Below, one piece after another: positions 17,494 to 26,802 of a stretch of DNA of 64,000 nt (positions are counted from its first letter, which is position 1; the number at the start of each line of letters is the position of its first letter). The notes below the pieces were generated by a model. That model was given only the letters and a program-made list of their open reading frames with translations. It did not search any database and had not been told where the DNA came from. Origin of the DNA: an uncultured Bdellovibrionales bacterium (GTDB lineage: Bacteria > Patescibacteriota > Minisyncoccia > Moranbacterales > UBA1568); contig CAZCNN010000003.1 in NCBI GenBank assembly GCA_964500505.1, forward strand, positions 176 to 64,175, given 5' to 3'. A program made the translations under genes and the position numbers.

Positions 17494-17901
17494 ATGGTAG
17501 CGATCGAATGGAGCAAGAAGTACAGTGTCGGTGTGGAGATGTTTGACGAACAACACAAGGTGTTTTTTGGTATCATCAATGATCTCTATGCCTCGATCAT
17601 GGAGCGCAAAGAACGAGCGGTGCTCGGTGATATCTTTGATCAGTTGCTCAAGTACACGGATTTTCATTTTGAATCCGAAGAGCGTTACTTCGATGAGTTT
17701 CACTATGAGCATGCGGTCGAGCACAAAGAGGCACATCGACTTTTGACCGAGCGACTCCTCGCGCTCAAGGCACGCTGGGACGATGACGCGCTCGATAATC
17801 CCTATGAGCTCCTCGATTTTCTCGAAGACTGGCTGGTAGAACACATCATGGGTATGGACCGGCAGTATCACGAGTGCTTTCATACTCATGGTCTGAAATA
17901 G
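17494..17901 (+). CDS. hemerythrin-like (bacteriohemerythrin) protein
   Basis: His/Glu/Asp diiron ligand pattern of the HHE cation-binding domain: H...HFxxEE...H...H...D. Confidence 0.8.
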   Translation: MVAIEWSKKYSVGVEMFDEQHKVFFGIINDLYASIMERKERAVLGDIFDQLLKYTDFHFESEERYFDEFHYEHAVEHKEAHRLLTERLLALKARWDDDALDNPYELLDFLEDWLVEHIMGMDRQYHECFHTHGLK

Positions 17902-18260
17902 CCAGGGACGCTTGATTTTTGCGTTTTTGGATGGTATCCTCTCACTACAAGCGCTGAAGGAGACCCGTTCGAATTGGTCGGCATCACTCCCTCGTCACCG
18001 TCGCTCGCGAGCGACGTGACTAGCCCCAAGAAGAAAATCATTGCGATGAGTAGAACTTGGCGGGATACCCTCCCACAGTGCTTTGCACAGTGTGGCGGGC
18101 AGGGGCCCGTAATAGCCCACGAATAAGGTTCACTGCAAGGTGGACGAAGCAAGGTGGTACCGTCCCGAGCAATAGTCGAGGGGCCCTTAGCACAGTTTTT
18201 GTGTTAAGGATTTTTTTATTTTCATGGTCAAATTGATGTATTGATTCATTGTTATAAACT

Positions 18261-18638
18261 ATGACTCAAGAGTATCTTACTTTGAACAAGATTAGTTCAT
18301 ACAAGAAAGCCTTTGCGCTTTCCAATGTGGTTTGGGACATTGTGACGTTGTGGGAAGTATTCGCACGTCAGACAGTTGGTTCACAGTTTGCCCGAGCGAT
18401 TGACTCGGTATCGGCAAATATTGCCGAAGGATTCGGGAGATATGGGAAGAAGGATAAGGTATTCTTCTATCGAATTGCCCGAGCCTCTGTATATGAGTCG
18501 CTTGATTGGCTCGAAAAATCCAAGAGGCGGAATCTTATAGAAGAAAAAGATTACGAGTATATCTTCAAAAGCTTGAAGGAGCTACCAAAAGATATCAATA
18601 CATTGATTAAATATACAAACGACCATTTGAGTGACTAG
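18261..18638 (+). CDS. four-helix-bundle protein (TIGR02436 / 23S rRNA intervening-sequence protein family)
   Basis: 125-aa protein with the family pattern ...SVSANIAEGFGR...FYRIARASVYESLDWLE. Confidence 0.7.
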   Translation: MTQEYLTLNKISSYKKAFALSNVVWDIVTLWEVFARQTVGSQFARAIDSVSANIAEGFGRYGKKDKVFFYRIARASVYESLDWLEKSKRRNLIEEKDYEYIFKSLKELPKDINTLIKYTNDHLSD

Positions 18639-18664
18639 CCATAAAACAGTTTAGCAATAAAGCC

Positions 18665-21600
18665 ATGAAAACTTTCAAAAAGGTAGAGTCGCAGGTGAGT
18701 TTTCCGAAGATGGAGGAAGAGATCCTCAAGTTTTGGGACGCGGAAAAAATCTTTCAGAAATCTATCGACCAACGACCGGCTGATAAGTTGTATAGCTTTT
18801 ACGATGGCCCACCGTTTGCCACAGGGACACCGCACTATGGCCATATCGTGGCGAGCGCCATCAAGGACACTGTCCCGCGTTACTTCACCATGAAGGGCTA
18901 CCGAGTAGAGCGCAAATGGGGCTGGGATTGTCATGGTTTGCCTATTGAGAATATTGCTGAGAAGGAGCTCGGGATTACACACAAGAAGCAGATTGAAGAA
19001 CTCGGGGTGGCCAAGTTCAATGAGATCTGTCGTTCCAAGGTGCTCGAGTATGTCGCTGAATGGAAGAAAGTGATCGGTCGTTTCGGCCGGTGGGCCGATA
19101 TGGAGCATCCCTACAAGACCATGGACCGTGACTTTATGGAGTCCGTCTGGTGGGTGTTCAAGGAACTTTGGGACAAGGGTCTCGTCTACGAGAGCTATCG
19201 CACCATGCATATCTGTCCGCGCTGTGAGACAACCCTTTCTCAGTCGGAAGTGGCCGAGGGGTACAAAGATGTGAAGGACCTGGCCGTGACAGCAGAATTT
19301 GCACTGCTCGGGGAACCAGTGAAGACTTCAGTTCTGGCCTGGACGACGACTCCGTGGACTTTGCCAGGGAACGTGGCGCTCGCGGTCAATGAAAACCTGG
19401 ACTACGTCACGATTGAGAAGAAAGATGAAGGTACTGGTGAGCTAGTACGATTTATTGTTGCCAAAGCACTGCTTTCAAAAATCTTTGGTGAAGAAGGGTA
19501 CACAGTAGTGGAAGAATACAAAGGCGCAAAGCTCGTAGGAAAATCCTACAAGCCACTCTTTGACTATTATTCAAAACAGTGTGAAGTGATTGGGGAGAAT
19601 GCCGCGCCCGCAACGCTTTCGCGTAGCGAATGCGGGCGGGGCTGGAAGATTTACCATGCCGATTTTGTCACGACTGACATGGGAACGGGCATCGCCCATG
19701 AAGCCCCGGCCTTTGGTGAGGACGACATGCAGCTCGGCAAAACCAACAACTTACCCTGGGTCCAGCATGTGAACATGGACGGGACGATGAAACCTGAAGT
19801 GACGGACTTCGCCGGGCGACAGGTCAAACCGACCGAGAATCCACAAGAGATGGATGTAGAAATTATCAAGCATCTGGCCAAGGAGGGGACGCTCTTTGCC
19901 AAGGAAAAATATGAGCACAGCTACCCACACTGCTGGCGTTGTGATACGCCACTTCTGAACTACGCGACGTCATCGTGGTTCGTCCGGGTGACCGAGATCA
20001 AGCCCGAGATGCTCGAGCTCGCCAAGAGCATTCATTGGTCCCCGGAGCACATCAAAGATGGTCGCTGGGGCAAGTGGCTCGAGGGTGCGCGGGATTGGTC
20101 CATCAGCCGCCAGCGTTACTGGGCTTCTGTCATGCCGCTTTGGAAGTGTACCTGTGGTGAGCTGAAAGTGATTGGATCGGTCGCTGAACTCGAATCACTG
20201 TCTGGGCAGAAGGTGGAGGATCTCCACAAACACATCGTCGATGAGGTGACGTTTCCGTGCGAGAAATGTGGCGAAACGATGCATCGCATCCCGGACGTGC
20301 TCGATACGTGGTTTGATAGTGGCTCGATGCCGTACGCTCAGAATCATTATCCGTTTGAGCACAAGGAGCAATTTGAGCAAACTTTCCCGGCTAATTTTAT
20401 TGCTGAGGGAGTGGATCAGACACGGGCCTGGTTCTACTATCAGCATGTGATTGGGACAGGGATCAAACACAGTAACGCTTTTCAGAATGTGATCGTAAAC
20501 GGCATCGTCCTCGCCGAGGATGGTAAGAAGATGTCGAAGCGCCTCAAGAACTATCCAGACCCGATGGACATTCTCAATAAGTACGGAGCTGATGCTCTCC
20601 GTTACTATCTCCTTTCGTCGCCAGTAGTGGCCGCTGAGAATCTCAATTTTTCTGAGCGTGACCTCTCCGACATCGTCCGCAATGTCTTCCGCATGCTCTG
20701 GAACTCGTACTCGTTTTTCACGACCTATGCGAGTATCGACAACTGGACGCCCAAGACGGATGCCAAGCCGTCGGATAATCTGATGGACCGCTGGATTCTC
20801 TCGGAACTCCAGCTCCTGATACAGGAAGTGGATGGTGCCATGGAGCAGTACGAACTAAACAAAGCAACACGTGCCTTTGCGCCATTTGTCGATAATCTCT
20901 CCAACTGGTACATCCGACGTGGACGCAAGCGTTTCTGGAAGAGTGAAGATGATGGTGATAAAGAACAGGCCTACCAGACCCTCTATACCGTCCTTGTCAC
21001 GCTCTCGAAATTGATGGCGCCATTCACGCCGTTTCTTGCTGAGGAAATTTACAAGAATTTAACAGGTGAAAGTTCTGTTCATCTTGCGGATTATCCGGTG
21101 GCTGATGAGGCCTTGATAGACGTGGATGTTATTAACCAGATGATTACAGCTAGAGAAGCAGTTAAGCAAGGGTTGGCGGTTCGTTCTGAAAAGAAAATAA
21201 AAGTTAGGCAACCACTTGCTGACGCGTTTGTTCTAACAACAGTAGATTTATCGAATGATGTTCGAGAAATTATTGAAGATGAATTGAATGTAAAAAAAGT
21301 TACCCTGTTTAAAGATAGAGATCTTTTTGTACAGGAGATTCTAAAAGAGTTTGGAGGAAATCGTAAACACTTCGTGGCTGAAGATGACGAGAGAGAACTT
21401 GATAGATTGGTTGCTGGAACTGCTTTAAATGTTGAAATCACTCCCGAGTTGAAACTCGAAGGAGAGATGCGGGAAGTGGTACGGGCTATCCAAGAGGGTC
21501 GCAAGAAGGCCAAGTTCAATGTGGAGGACCGCATCATCCTCGGCTACATCGGCAAGGATGAAGTCTTCGCCAAGTTCGAAACCGAAATCGCTCATGAAGT

Positions 21601-21703
21601 CCTCGCCACAACTGTACAAAAAGGCGCTCTCACCGATGCCGAGTATCAAGAAACCGTTACTCTCGATGACGAAGAATTTACTTTGAGTCTCAGACGAGTA
21701 TGA
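18665..21703 (+). CDS. ileS: isoleucine--tRNA ligase (type 2, about 1012 aa)
   Basis: HYGH (HIGH) and KMSKR (KMSKS) motifs and an editing-domain insertion. The length is typical of IleRS. Confidence 0.95.
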   Translation: MKTFKKVESQVSFPKMEEEILKFWDAEKIFQKSIDQRPADKLYSFYDGPPFATGTPHYGHIVASAIKDTVPRYFTMKGYRVERKWGWDCHGLPIENIAEKELGITHKKQIEELGVAKFNEICRSKVLEYVAEWKKVIGRFGRWADMEHPYKTMDRDFMESVWWVFKELWDKGLVYESYRTMHICPRCETTLSQSEVAEGYKDVKDLAVTAEFALLGEPVKTSVLAWTTTPWTLPGNVALAVNENLDYVTIEKKDEGTGELVRFIVAKALLSKIFGEEGYTVVEEYKGAKLVGKSYKPLFDYYSKQCEVIGENAAPATLSRSECGRGWKIYHADFVTTDMGTGIAHEAPAFGEDDMQLGKTNNLPWVQHVNMDGTMKPEVTDFAGRQVKPTENPQEMDVEIIKHLAKEGTLFAKEKYEHSYPHCWRCDTPLLNYATSSWFVRVTEIKPEMLELAKSIHWSPEHIKDGRWGKWLEGARDWSISRQRYWASVMPLWKCTCGELKVIGSVAELESLSGQKVEDLHKHIVDEVTFPCEKCGETMHRIPDVLDTWFDSGSMPYAQNHYPFEHKEQFEQTFPANFIAEGVDQTRAWFYYQHVIGTGIKHSNAFQNVIVNGIVLAEDGKKMSKRLKNYPDPMDILNKYGADALRYYLLSSPVVAAENLNFSERDLSDIVRNVFRMLWNSYSFFTTYASIDNWTPKTDAKPSDNLMDRWILSELQLLIQEVDGAMEQYELNKATRAFAPFVDNLSNWYIRRGRKRFWKSEDDGDKEQAYQTLYTVLVTLSKLMAPFTPFLAEEIYKNLTGESSVHLADYPVADEALIDVDVINQMITAREAVKQGLAVRSEKKIKVRQPLADAFVLTTVDLSNDVREIIEDELNVKKVTLFKDRDLFVQEILKEFGGNRKHFVAEDDERELDRLVAGTALNVEITPELKLEGEMREVVRAIQEGRKKAKFNVEDRIILGYIGKDEVFAKFETEIAHEVLATTVQKGALTDAEYQETVTLDDEEFTLSLRRV

Positions 21704-22227
21704 GTCGAGTGATTATTTTCTGCGGGTTGCCAGCGTCAGGGAAGACAACGCTAGCCAAAGAAATCTCAAGGAGGCTGAACATTTTTTGCCTGCACAAAGA
21801 TGCCATGAAAGAAAGGATGTATACACTGCTTGAGGGCAAAACACTCGAAGACAGTCACCGGTATGGAGAGTGTGTTATTAAAATGATGATTGCTTTGGGT
21901 GAGGACTCAATTGAGAACGGTATTGATGTTATGTTAGAGGGTCCGTTCAATCATCCTGATAATCCCAAGCGATTCCAAGAATGGTTAGAAAAGTACGATA
22001 TAGACCTTCGGATGATCATTTGCTCCATTGATGAGGAAGAACGGAAACGTCGTCATGAGACGCGTGCTCGGCATCCTGGGCATCATGATCAGGAGAGGCT
22101 GAATTTGCACCCTTTTAATCCTGGATCGTTCGACTATACACAGATGCCAGGGAGGAAACTGTTTCTTGAGACCAATAAGCCCACGGAGGAACTCGCGAAA
22201 ACAGTCATCGAATTTCTCCAATCATAA
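21700..22227 (+). CDS. P-loop NTPase / AAA-family kinase-like ATP-binding protein
   Basis: Walker A GLPASGKTT in a 175-aa protein. The start overlaps the ileS stop. Confidence 0.55.
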   Translation: MSRVIIFCGLPASGKTTLAKEISRRLNIFCLHKDAMKERMYTLLEGKTLEDSHRYGECVIKMMIALGEDSIENGIDVMLEGPFNHPDNPKRFQEWLEKYDIDLRMIICSIDEEERKRRHETRARHPGHHDQERLNLHPFNPGSFDYTQMPGRKLFLETNKPTEELAKTVIEFLQS

Positions 22228-22260
22228 ATCAAAAATTGTAAATCTTGATTCATCTCCAGA

Positions 22261-22983
22261 GTGGAACTCCGCTATAACGCTATTGTGCTCAGGAAGAAAG
22301 AGGTTGGTGAGACGGATCGGCTCTATACGCTGTATACCGAATCGGCCGGCAAATTGCAGTTGGTCGCGAAGGGCGTACGCAAGCCCGAGGCCAAGCTCGC
22401 CGGTCAGCTCGAGACCCTCATGCAGGGTCTGGTCATCGTGGTGAAGGGGCGGGGGGCTGGCAAGATCGCCGGAGCTGTGGCTGAAAAAAGTTACATCCAC
22501 CTCCGGAACAACCTCGATATCCTCCGCCGGACGATGGAGGCGGTGAGTATCTTTGAGCGCCTCGTGGGCTGGGAAGAACAGGACAAGGTTCTCTTTACTC
22601 TCCTTGGTGAGTACCTCGATATCGTGAATGATCTGGCGAAGGAGGGGAAAACTGACAAGGTTCTCCTCGTGACGGAGGGTTTCCTCTTTCAACTCTACGC
22701 CCATCTCGGCTACGAAATCGAGACGGGGATATGTGTAGTATCAGGGGAAAAACTCTCCACGGGGGAGCGGCACTTTTTTAGTCCGAGCGCCGGAGGCATC
22801 CTCAGGAGTGAGCACGCCCATACGACCCATGGTGCCCTCCCAGTGAGCGAGAGTGTGATCAAACTCATTCGACTGTTTCTCAAAAACAAATTGGTCACGC
22901 TTCCCAAGGTAGCGGTGTCGGCGGAGGATGTCCGTGAGGCACGGCGGGTAGCGACACGCTTTTTTCAGTGGATTGAGAGCTAG
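22261..22983 (+). CDS. recO: DNA repair protein RecO
   Basis: RecO N-terminal OB-fold signature (AIVLRKKEVGETDRLYTLYTESAGKLQLVAKGVRK). Length 240 aa. Confidence 0.8.
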   Translation: MELRYNAIVLRKKEVGETDRLYTLYTESAGKLQLVAKGVRKPEAKLAGQLETLMQGLVIVVKGRGAGKIAGAVAEKSYIHLRNNLDILRRTMEAVSIFERLVGWEEQDKVLFTLLGEYLDIVNDLAKEGKTDKVLLVTEGFLFQLYAHLGYEIETGICVVSGEKLSTGERHFFSPSAGGILRSEHAHTTHGALPVSESVIKLIRLFLKNKLVTLPKVAVSAEDVREARRVATRFFQWIES

Positions 22984-24973
22984 TTTCTTGCTACAATGGA
23001 AGAAACAAACCCCTATGGGACTCACCGAACTCAATGACAGACTGCATAGTCGAGACCTCCATCTCGATCGCACCCGCAAGCCGGACACTTTTCGTCCGGA
23101 GAGTGCTGTCGCCGATACTGATACCCTCGCTCAGTTTCAGAAGACCGAAGGCTGGGGCAATGAATCTTTGCCGTCCAAAGTCGACCTCGTGATTCCTGAA
23201 CCGGTGGAGGCCATCATCTCCTCCGATGATCGCGCCCGCAAGCGTCGCAAGACCCTGGCGATAGTCTTGGGTGGTGTGGCCGCGCTCCTTCTCATCGGAG
23301 GTATCCTCATGAAACTCCGGGCCAATATCTTTTCCCAGGACAACATCACACTCGAATTTACTGGTCCAGCTGATGTGGCTGGAGCCGAGCTCAGTACGTT
23401 TGATCTCGAGTACGCCAACACGAACTGGATGGGTATCGAAAACGCGACTCTCGTCTTTGAGTATCCGGAGACCTTTCGTCCAGAGCCGGCCCTCGGTCTC
23501 GATATCAAAAAGTCGCGAGCGGAACTCGCCGTAGGTGACGTCGCTTCCAATGCCCGGGTCAAAACCAAACTCTCCGGCAAGTTTTATGGCGCCAAAGGGG
23601 ACGAAGTCAAAATCGCCGTGACGCTCCGCTATAGTCCGAACAATATCTCGAGTAGTTATGAAAAGAAGGCAGAGCGCTCGGTCCGTATCGTCTCGTCGCC
23701 GATATTCTTTGAGATTGATGCTCCGTTTGAACTGACCTCCGACCAAGAAATTCAGTATGACATCCGCTATGGTAACCCGGGCGACATCCCATTTTCTGGT
23801 CTCAAGATAAAGCTTGAGTATCCAGCGGGGTTCATCTTTACCGGAGCGACCCCTCGTTCGACTGATCAGAAAAACGTCTGGGATATCGGAGCTCTGCCAC
23901 CTGGTGCAGAAGGTACCATAGCCGTGAGAGGCAGACTCACCGGATCACGTGATGAACAGAAATTAATCGAAGGAGGCATCGGAATCATTCAAGGCGATGG
24001 GACATTTGTCGCTTACGGTGAGAATCAGCGCAAGACCAAGATGGTGGCGTCGCCATTTTCTATCCGACAGTCTGTGAACGGTGCGACTGAGGGGGATGCC
24101 AACCCAGGTGAACCACTCCGCTATGATATTGAGTACCGCAATGATGGCAACGTCGGTATCCGTGATGCCATCGTGACCGTCGAGCTCGACTCACCGTTTC
24201 TTGATCTCGGGACGCTCCAGTTTGAAAATGACAACGTCAAAGGTGCCTATAGTCAGTCCCGCAAGTCGATTATCTGGAAGGCATCCGATGTGCCCTCACT
24301 CGCTCGCGTCGATCCGGGTCAGACGGGACGCCTCGCTTTTAGTGTAAAGACCTATCCCAACCCGGAGCAGGGTGTCGCCGGCGCGCGCAATCCCGTCGTC
24401 CGATCCATCGCCAAGATAGACAGTCCTGATATCCCGGCAATCGTCGGTGTGACCAAAGTCGTTGCGAGCAACACGCTTATCGTAAAGTTAAACACGATGC
24501 TCTCGAGTGACCTCCGGGGTTACTATCAGGATGCTCTCATCCCAAATACTGGTCCGATACCGCCACTCGTCGATCAAGAAACTACCTATACCCTCCATTT
24601 GGTCCTCGCCAATTCCTCAAACGAAATCAAGGACAGTCGTATGAGTGTCCTTCTCCCGAGTGGTATCCGCTATACCGGACAGACCAATGCTCCTGGCGAA
24701 AAGCTCTCCTTCAATGAACGGACCAATGAATTGGTGTGGGATATGGGGACGTTTGCCCCTGGTATCACCCGGCAGATTGTCTTCCAGGTGGGTGCGACAC
24801 CCGATGCCTCACTCGTCAACAAAGAAGTGACGTTCGTGAGCAAGATGGTGTTTACCGGCAAGGACGTATTTACTGAACGGGACCTCCGACTTGAAAAAGC
24901 TGGGAAAACGAGTAGTATTCCTGAGGATGCCTCGGTCCCTGACAGCGGGTACCGCGTCCGAGCCACCCCTTAG
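22973..24973 (+). CDS. membrane-anchored large protein with DUF11/CARDB-like beta repeats (cell-surface)
   Basis: One TM (LAIVLGGVAALLLIGGILM) followed by repeated segments of the pattern ...RYDIEYRNDGNVGIRDAIVTVELD... / ...TYTLHLVLANSSN... The start may be the internal Met at 23015. Confidence 0.5.
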   Translation: MRASFLLQWKKQTPMGLTELNDRLHSRDLHLDRTRKPDTFRPESAVADTDTLAQFQKTEGWGNESLPSKVDLVIPEPVEAIISSDDRARKRRKTLAIVLGGVAALLLIGGILMKLRANIFSQDNITLEFTGPADVAGAELSTFDLEYANTNWMGIENATLVFEYPETFRPEPALGLDIKKSRAELAVGDVASNARVKTKLSGKFYGAKGDEVKIAVTLRYSPNNISSSYEKKAERSVRIVSSPIFFEIDAPFELTSDQEIQYDIRYGNPGDIPFSGLKIKLEYPAGFIFTGATPRSTDQKNVWDIGALPPGAEGTIAVRGRLTGSRDEQKLIEGGIGIIQGDGTFVAYGENQRKTKMVASPFSIRQSVNGATEGDANPGEPLRYDIEYRNDGNVGIRDAIVTVELDSPFLDLGTLQFENDNVKGAYSQSRKSIIWKASDVPSLARVDPGQTGRLAFSVKTYPNPEQGVAGARNPVVRSIAKIDSPDIPAIVGVTKVVASNTLIVKLNTMLSSDLRGYYQDALIPNTGPIPPLVDQETTYTLHLVLANSSNEIKDSRMSVLLPSGIRYTGQTNAPGEKLSFNERTNELVWDMGTFAPGITRQIVFQVGATPDASLVNKEVTFVSKMVFTGKDVFTERDLRLEKAGKTSSIPEDASVPDSGYRVRATP

Positions 24974-24983
24974 TTTTCTTCGC

Positions 24984-26147
24984 ATGAGCCATTGGCGAGA
25001 TCGCACCGAGCACGATGGGCGTCGCATCGGTCATATACAGACCAGAAAAGGGAGTCTCGCGACGCCCTTTTTTATGCCGGACGCCACGCGCGCGACGGTG
25101 CGTGGTTTGACGCGCGAGGATCTGGAGCGAGCCGGTGTCGAGGCGCTCGTGGTGAATACCTATCATCTTTTTCTACAACCTGGTGAAGCACTCATCCGGG
25201 ATGTCGCAGAGCTCGCCCGACATAACTACGGTGAAGGCGTTGTGGTCGGGGGTATTCACGAATTTATGGACTGGCCACATCCTGTCCTCTCTGATTCGGG
25301 CGGCTACCAGGTCTACTCACTTATTCACCAGAATCCCGACCTCGGACGAATCACCGAAGAAGGAGCGGAGTTTCGTTCGGTCCTCGATGGTTCCAAGCAC
25401 CTCCTCACTCCAGAACGTTCTATCCAGGTCCAGTTTGATCTCGGGGTGGATATGATGGTGGTGCTCGATGATCCGCGCCCGAATGATGCCTCCGAGGAGG
25501 ACATTGTCTCGGCAGTGGACCGGACCCTCCGCTGGGCCAAGCGTTGTCGAGAGGAGTATGATCGACAGGTAGGAGCACGAGGACTGACTGACCAGAACCG
25601 GCCACTCATCTTTGGCGTGGTGCAGGGTGGCAAGATGCTCTCGGAACGAAAGCGCTGTGCCGAGGGGCTCGTCGCTATCGGGTTTGATGGCTATGGTCTC
25701 GGTGGGCGCCATATCGATACCGACGGGACATTTCTTGAGGACATTATCACAGCCATTCCGACGTATCTCCCCGAAGACAGTATCCGCTTTGCCCTCGGTG
25801 TGGGGACGCCGGATGACATTGTACGCTTCCATCGGGTGGGTTGGGATATGTTTGATTGTGTTATCCCGACCAGGGAAGGAAGGCATGGTCGTCTTTTTAT
25901 TTGGAAAAGCGAAATGCCGGAGTTATCGGAAGATTTTTATGAAACAATTAATATCAAAAACGAGCAGTTTACGAGTGATTTCACTCCCGTCGATCCGACC
26001 TGCGACTGCACGCTCTGTACTCGCTACACGAGGAGCTATCTCAAACATCTTTTGAAAGTGGGCGAACCCCTCGCCCTCCGCCTCGCGTCCGAGCACAACC
26101 TGCGTTTCTATATGCGTCTCATGGAGCGACTCCGCGCTGAGGCATAA
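24984..26147 (+). CDS. tgt: queuine tRNA-ribosyltransferase
   Basis: TGT core with the Zn site CDCTLCTRY...H. Start is an internal Met (MSHWRDR) of track ORF 24891..26147. Confidence 0.85.
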   Translation: MSHWRDRTEHDGRRIGHIQTRKGSLATPFFMPDATRATVRGLTREDLERAGVEALVVNTYHLFLQPGEALIRDVAELARHNYGEGVVVGGIHEFMDWPHPVLSDSGGYQVYSLIHQNPDLGRITEEGAEFRSVLDGSKHLLTPERSIQVQFDLGVDMMVVLDDPRPNDASEEDIVSAVDRTLRWAKRCREEYDRQVGARGLTDQNRPLIFGVVQGGKMLSERKRCAEGLVAIGFDGYGLGGRHIDTDGTFLEDIITAIPTYLPEDSIRFALGVGTPDDIVRFHRVGWDMFDCVIPTREGRHGRLFIWKSEMPELSEDFYETINIKNEQFTSDFTPVDPTCDCTLCTRYTRSYLKHLLKVGEPLALRLASEHNLRFYMRLMERLRAEA

Positions 26148-26156
26148 ATTTGAGTA

Positions 26157-26193
26157 TGAAAAAAGCGCGGCCGGATTGGTTCTCCGTACGCGC
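26157..26193 (-). terminator. intrinsic terminator for the minus-strand small-protein pair
   Basis: On the minus strand: cgcgcg-loop-cgcgc followed by tttttt. The + strand reading has no T-run. Confidence 0.55.
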
Positions 26194-26224
26194 GTGATTG
26201 TGGCCTACTTGAGCTCGGTTGGCC

Positions 26225-26428
26225 CTACTTGTGCTGTTTGTGGTGCCGAGCCATGTCTTCCTCCGTCATGACCTGCAACGTGCAACCGCACGGACCGTGG
26301 CCGGCCAGAGGAGTGACGTTGCCGTCACAGGGACACTGCGTGACCCCTCTCCTTGCCCTCAACAGCATCTTGCAGATGAGAAGAGCAGGTACGCCGACGA
26401 TGACAACGATGATGAGGATGTTCAGCAT
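26225..26428 (-). CDS. small Cys/His-rich single-TM protein B (67 aa)
   Basis: ATG start with an aggggt RBS-like sequence, a TM segment LNILIIVVIVGVPALLI, then CPCDGN...HGPCGC and a His-rich tail. A paralogue lies immediately upstream. Confidence 0.45.
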   Translation of the reverse strand: MLNILIIVVIVGVPALLICKMLLRARRGVTQCPCDGNVTPLAGHGPCGCTLQVMTEEDMARHHKQHK

Positions 26429-26436
26429 GCTGACCC

Positions 26437-26685
26437 CTAATTCATCTTGATCGTGCGGGCAGGATCGGCTGGTTGGCAGTCATCAACCGCCCAGACATGA
26501 TGACAGGCCCAGCACTGGTAGCGCCGGCGTCCCGTCATGTCGGGTCCAAGCTGGTCGGATTCCGAACAGCCACACTCAGGGACGGGACAGCTGGGACTCT
26601 TGGTCCGGAACACCCAGTACAAGAATGCAACCACCATGAGGAAGATTGCCAACTTGGCCAAAACTTCCCACGCGATGCTCTCCAT
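26437..26685 (-). CDS. small Cys-rich single-TM protein A (82 aa from internal ATG; track ORF extends to 26727 with TTG)
   Basis: gaggag RBS before the ATG at 26685, a TM segment IAWEVLAKLAIFLMVVAFLYWVF, then CPVPECGC...QCWACHH...C. Confidence 0.45.
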   Translation of the reverse strand: MESIAWEVLAKLAIFLMVVAFLYWVFRTKSPSCPVPECGCSESDQLGPDMTGRRRYQCWACHHVWAVDDCQPADPARTIKMN

Positions 26686-26802
26686 GACGTTCTCCTCGGG
26701 CGATATGCCCTTCTTGGGTTGAAACAACAGGCGTTTGCCTGTACACTGAAAATGTCAAACAACTTGTATACTATACAGGAGAATATTACTTTTGTCAACC
26801 AT

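Noticed and set aside
17886-18152. 88-aa minus-strand ORF (Cys/Pro-rich N-terminus plus one TM)
   Set aside because: It starts with TTG, overlaps the hemerythrin 3' end, and its composition is what a GC-rich non-coding region gives in any frame. It is kept only as an alternative in the findings.
17902-18260. SRP RNA, RNase P RNA or 6S RNA in the GC-rich spacer
   Set aside because: The conserved cores (SRP GGAAGGAAGCAGC with its tetraloop context; RNase P GGAAAGUCCGGGCUCC and ACAGAACCCGGCUUA) are not present on either strand.
26473-26802. Long N-terminal extension of the glyS ORF (26473..28149) and the + strand ORFs 26219..26440 and 26229..26450
   Set aside because: GlyRS homology begins at MAETKND (26803). 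The upstream part is antisense to two better-supported minus-strand small-protein genes that have RBS sequences and a terminator.
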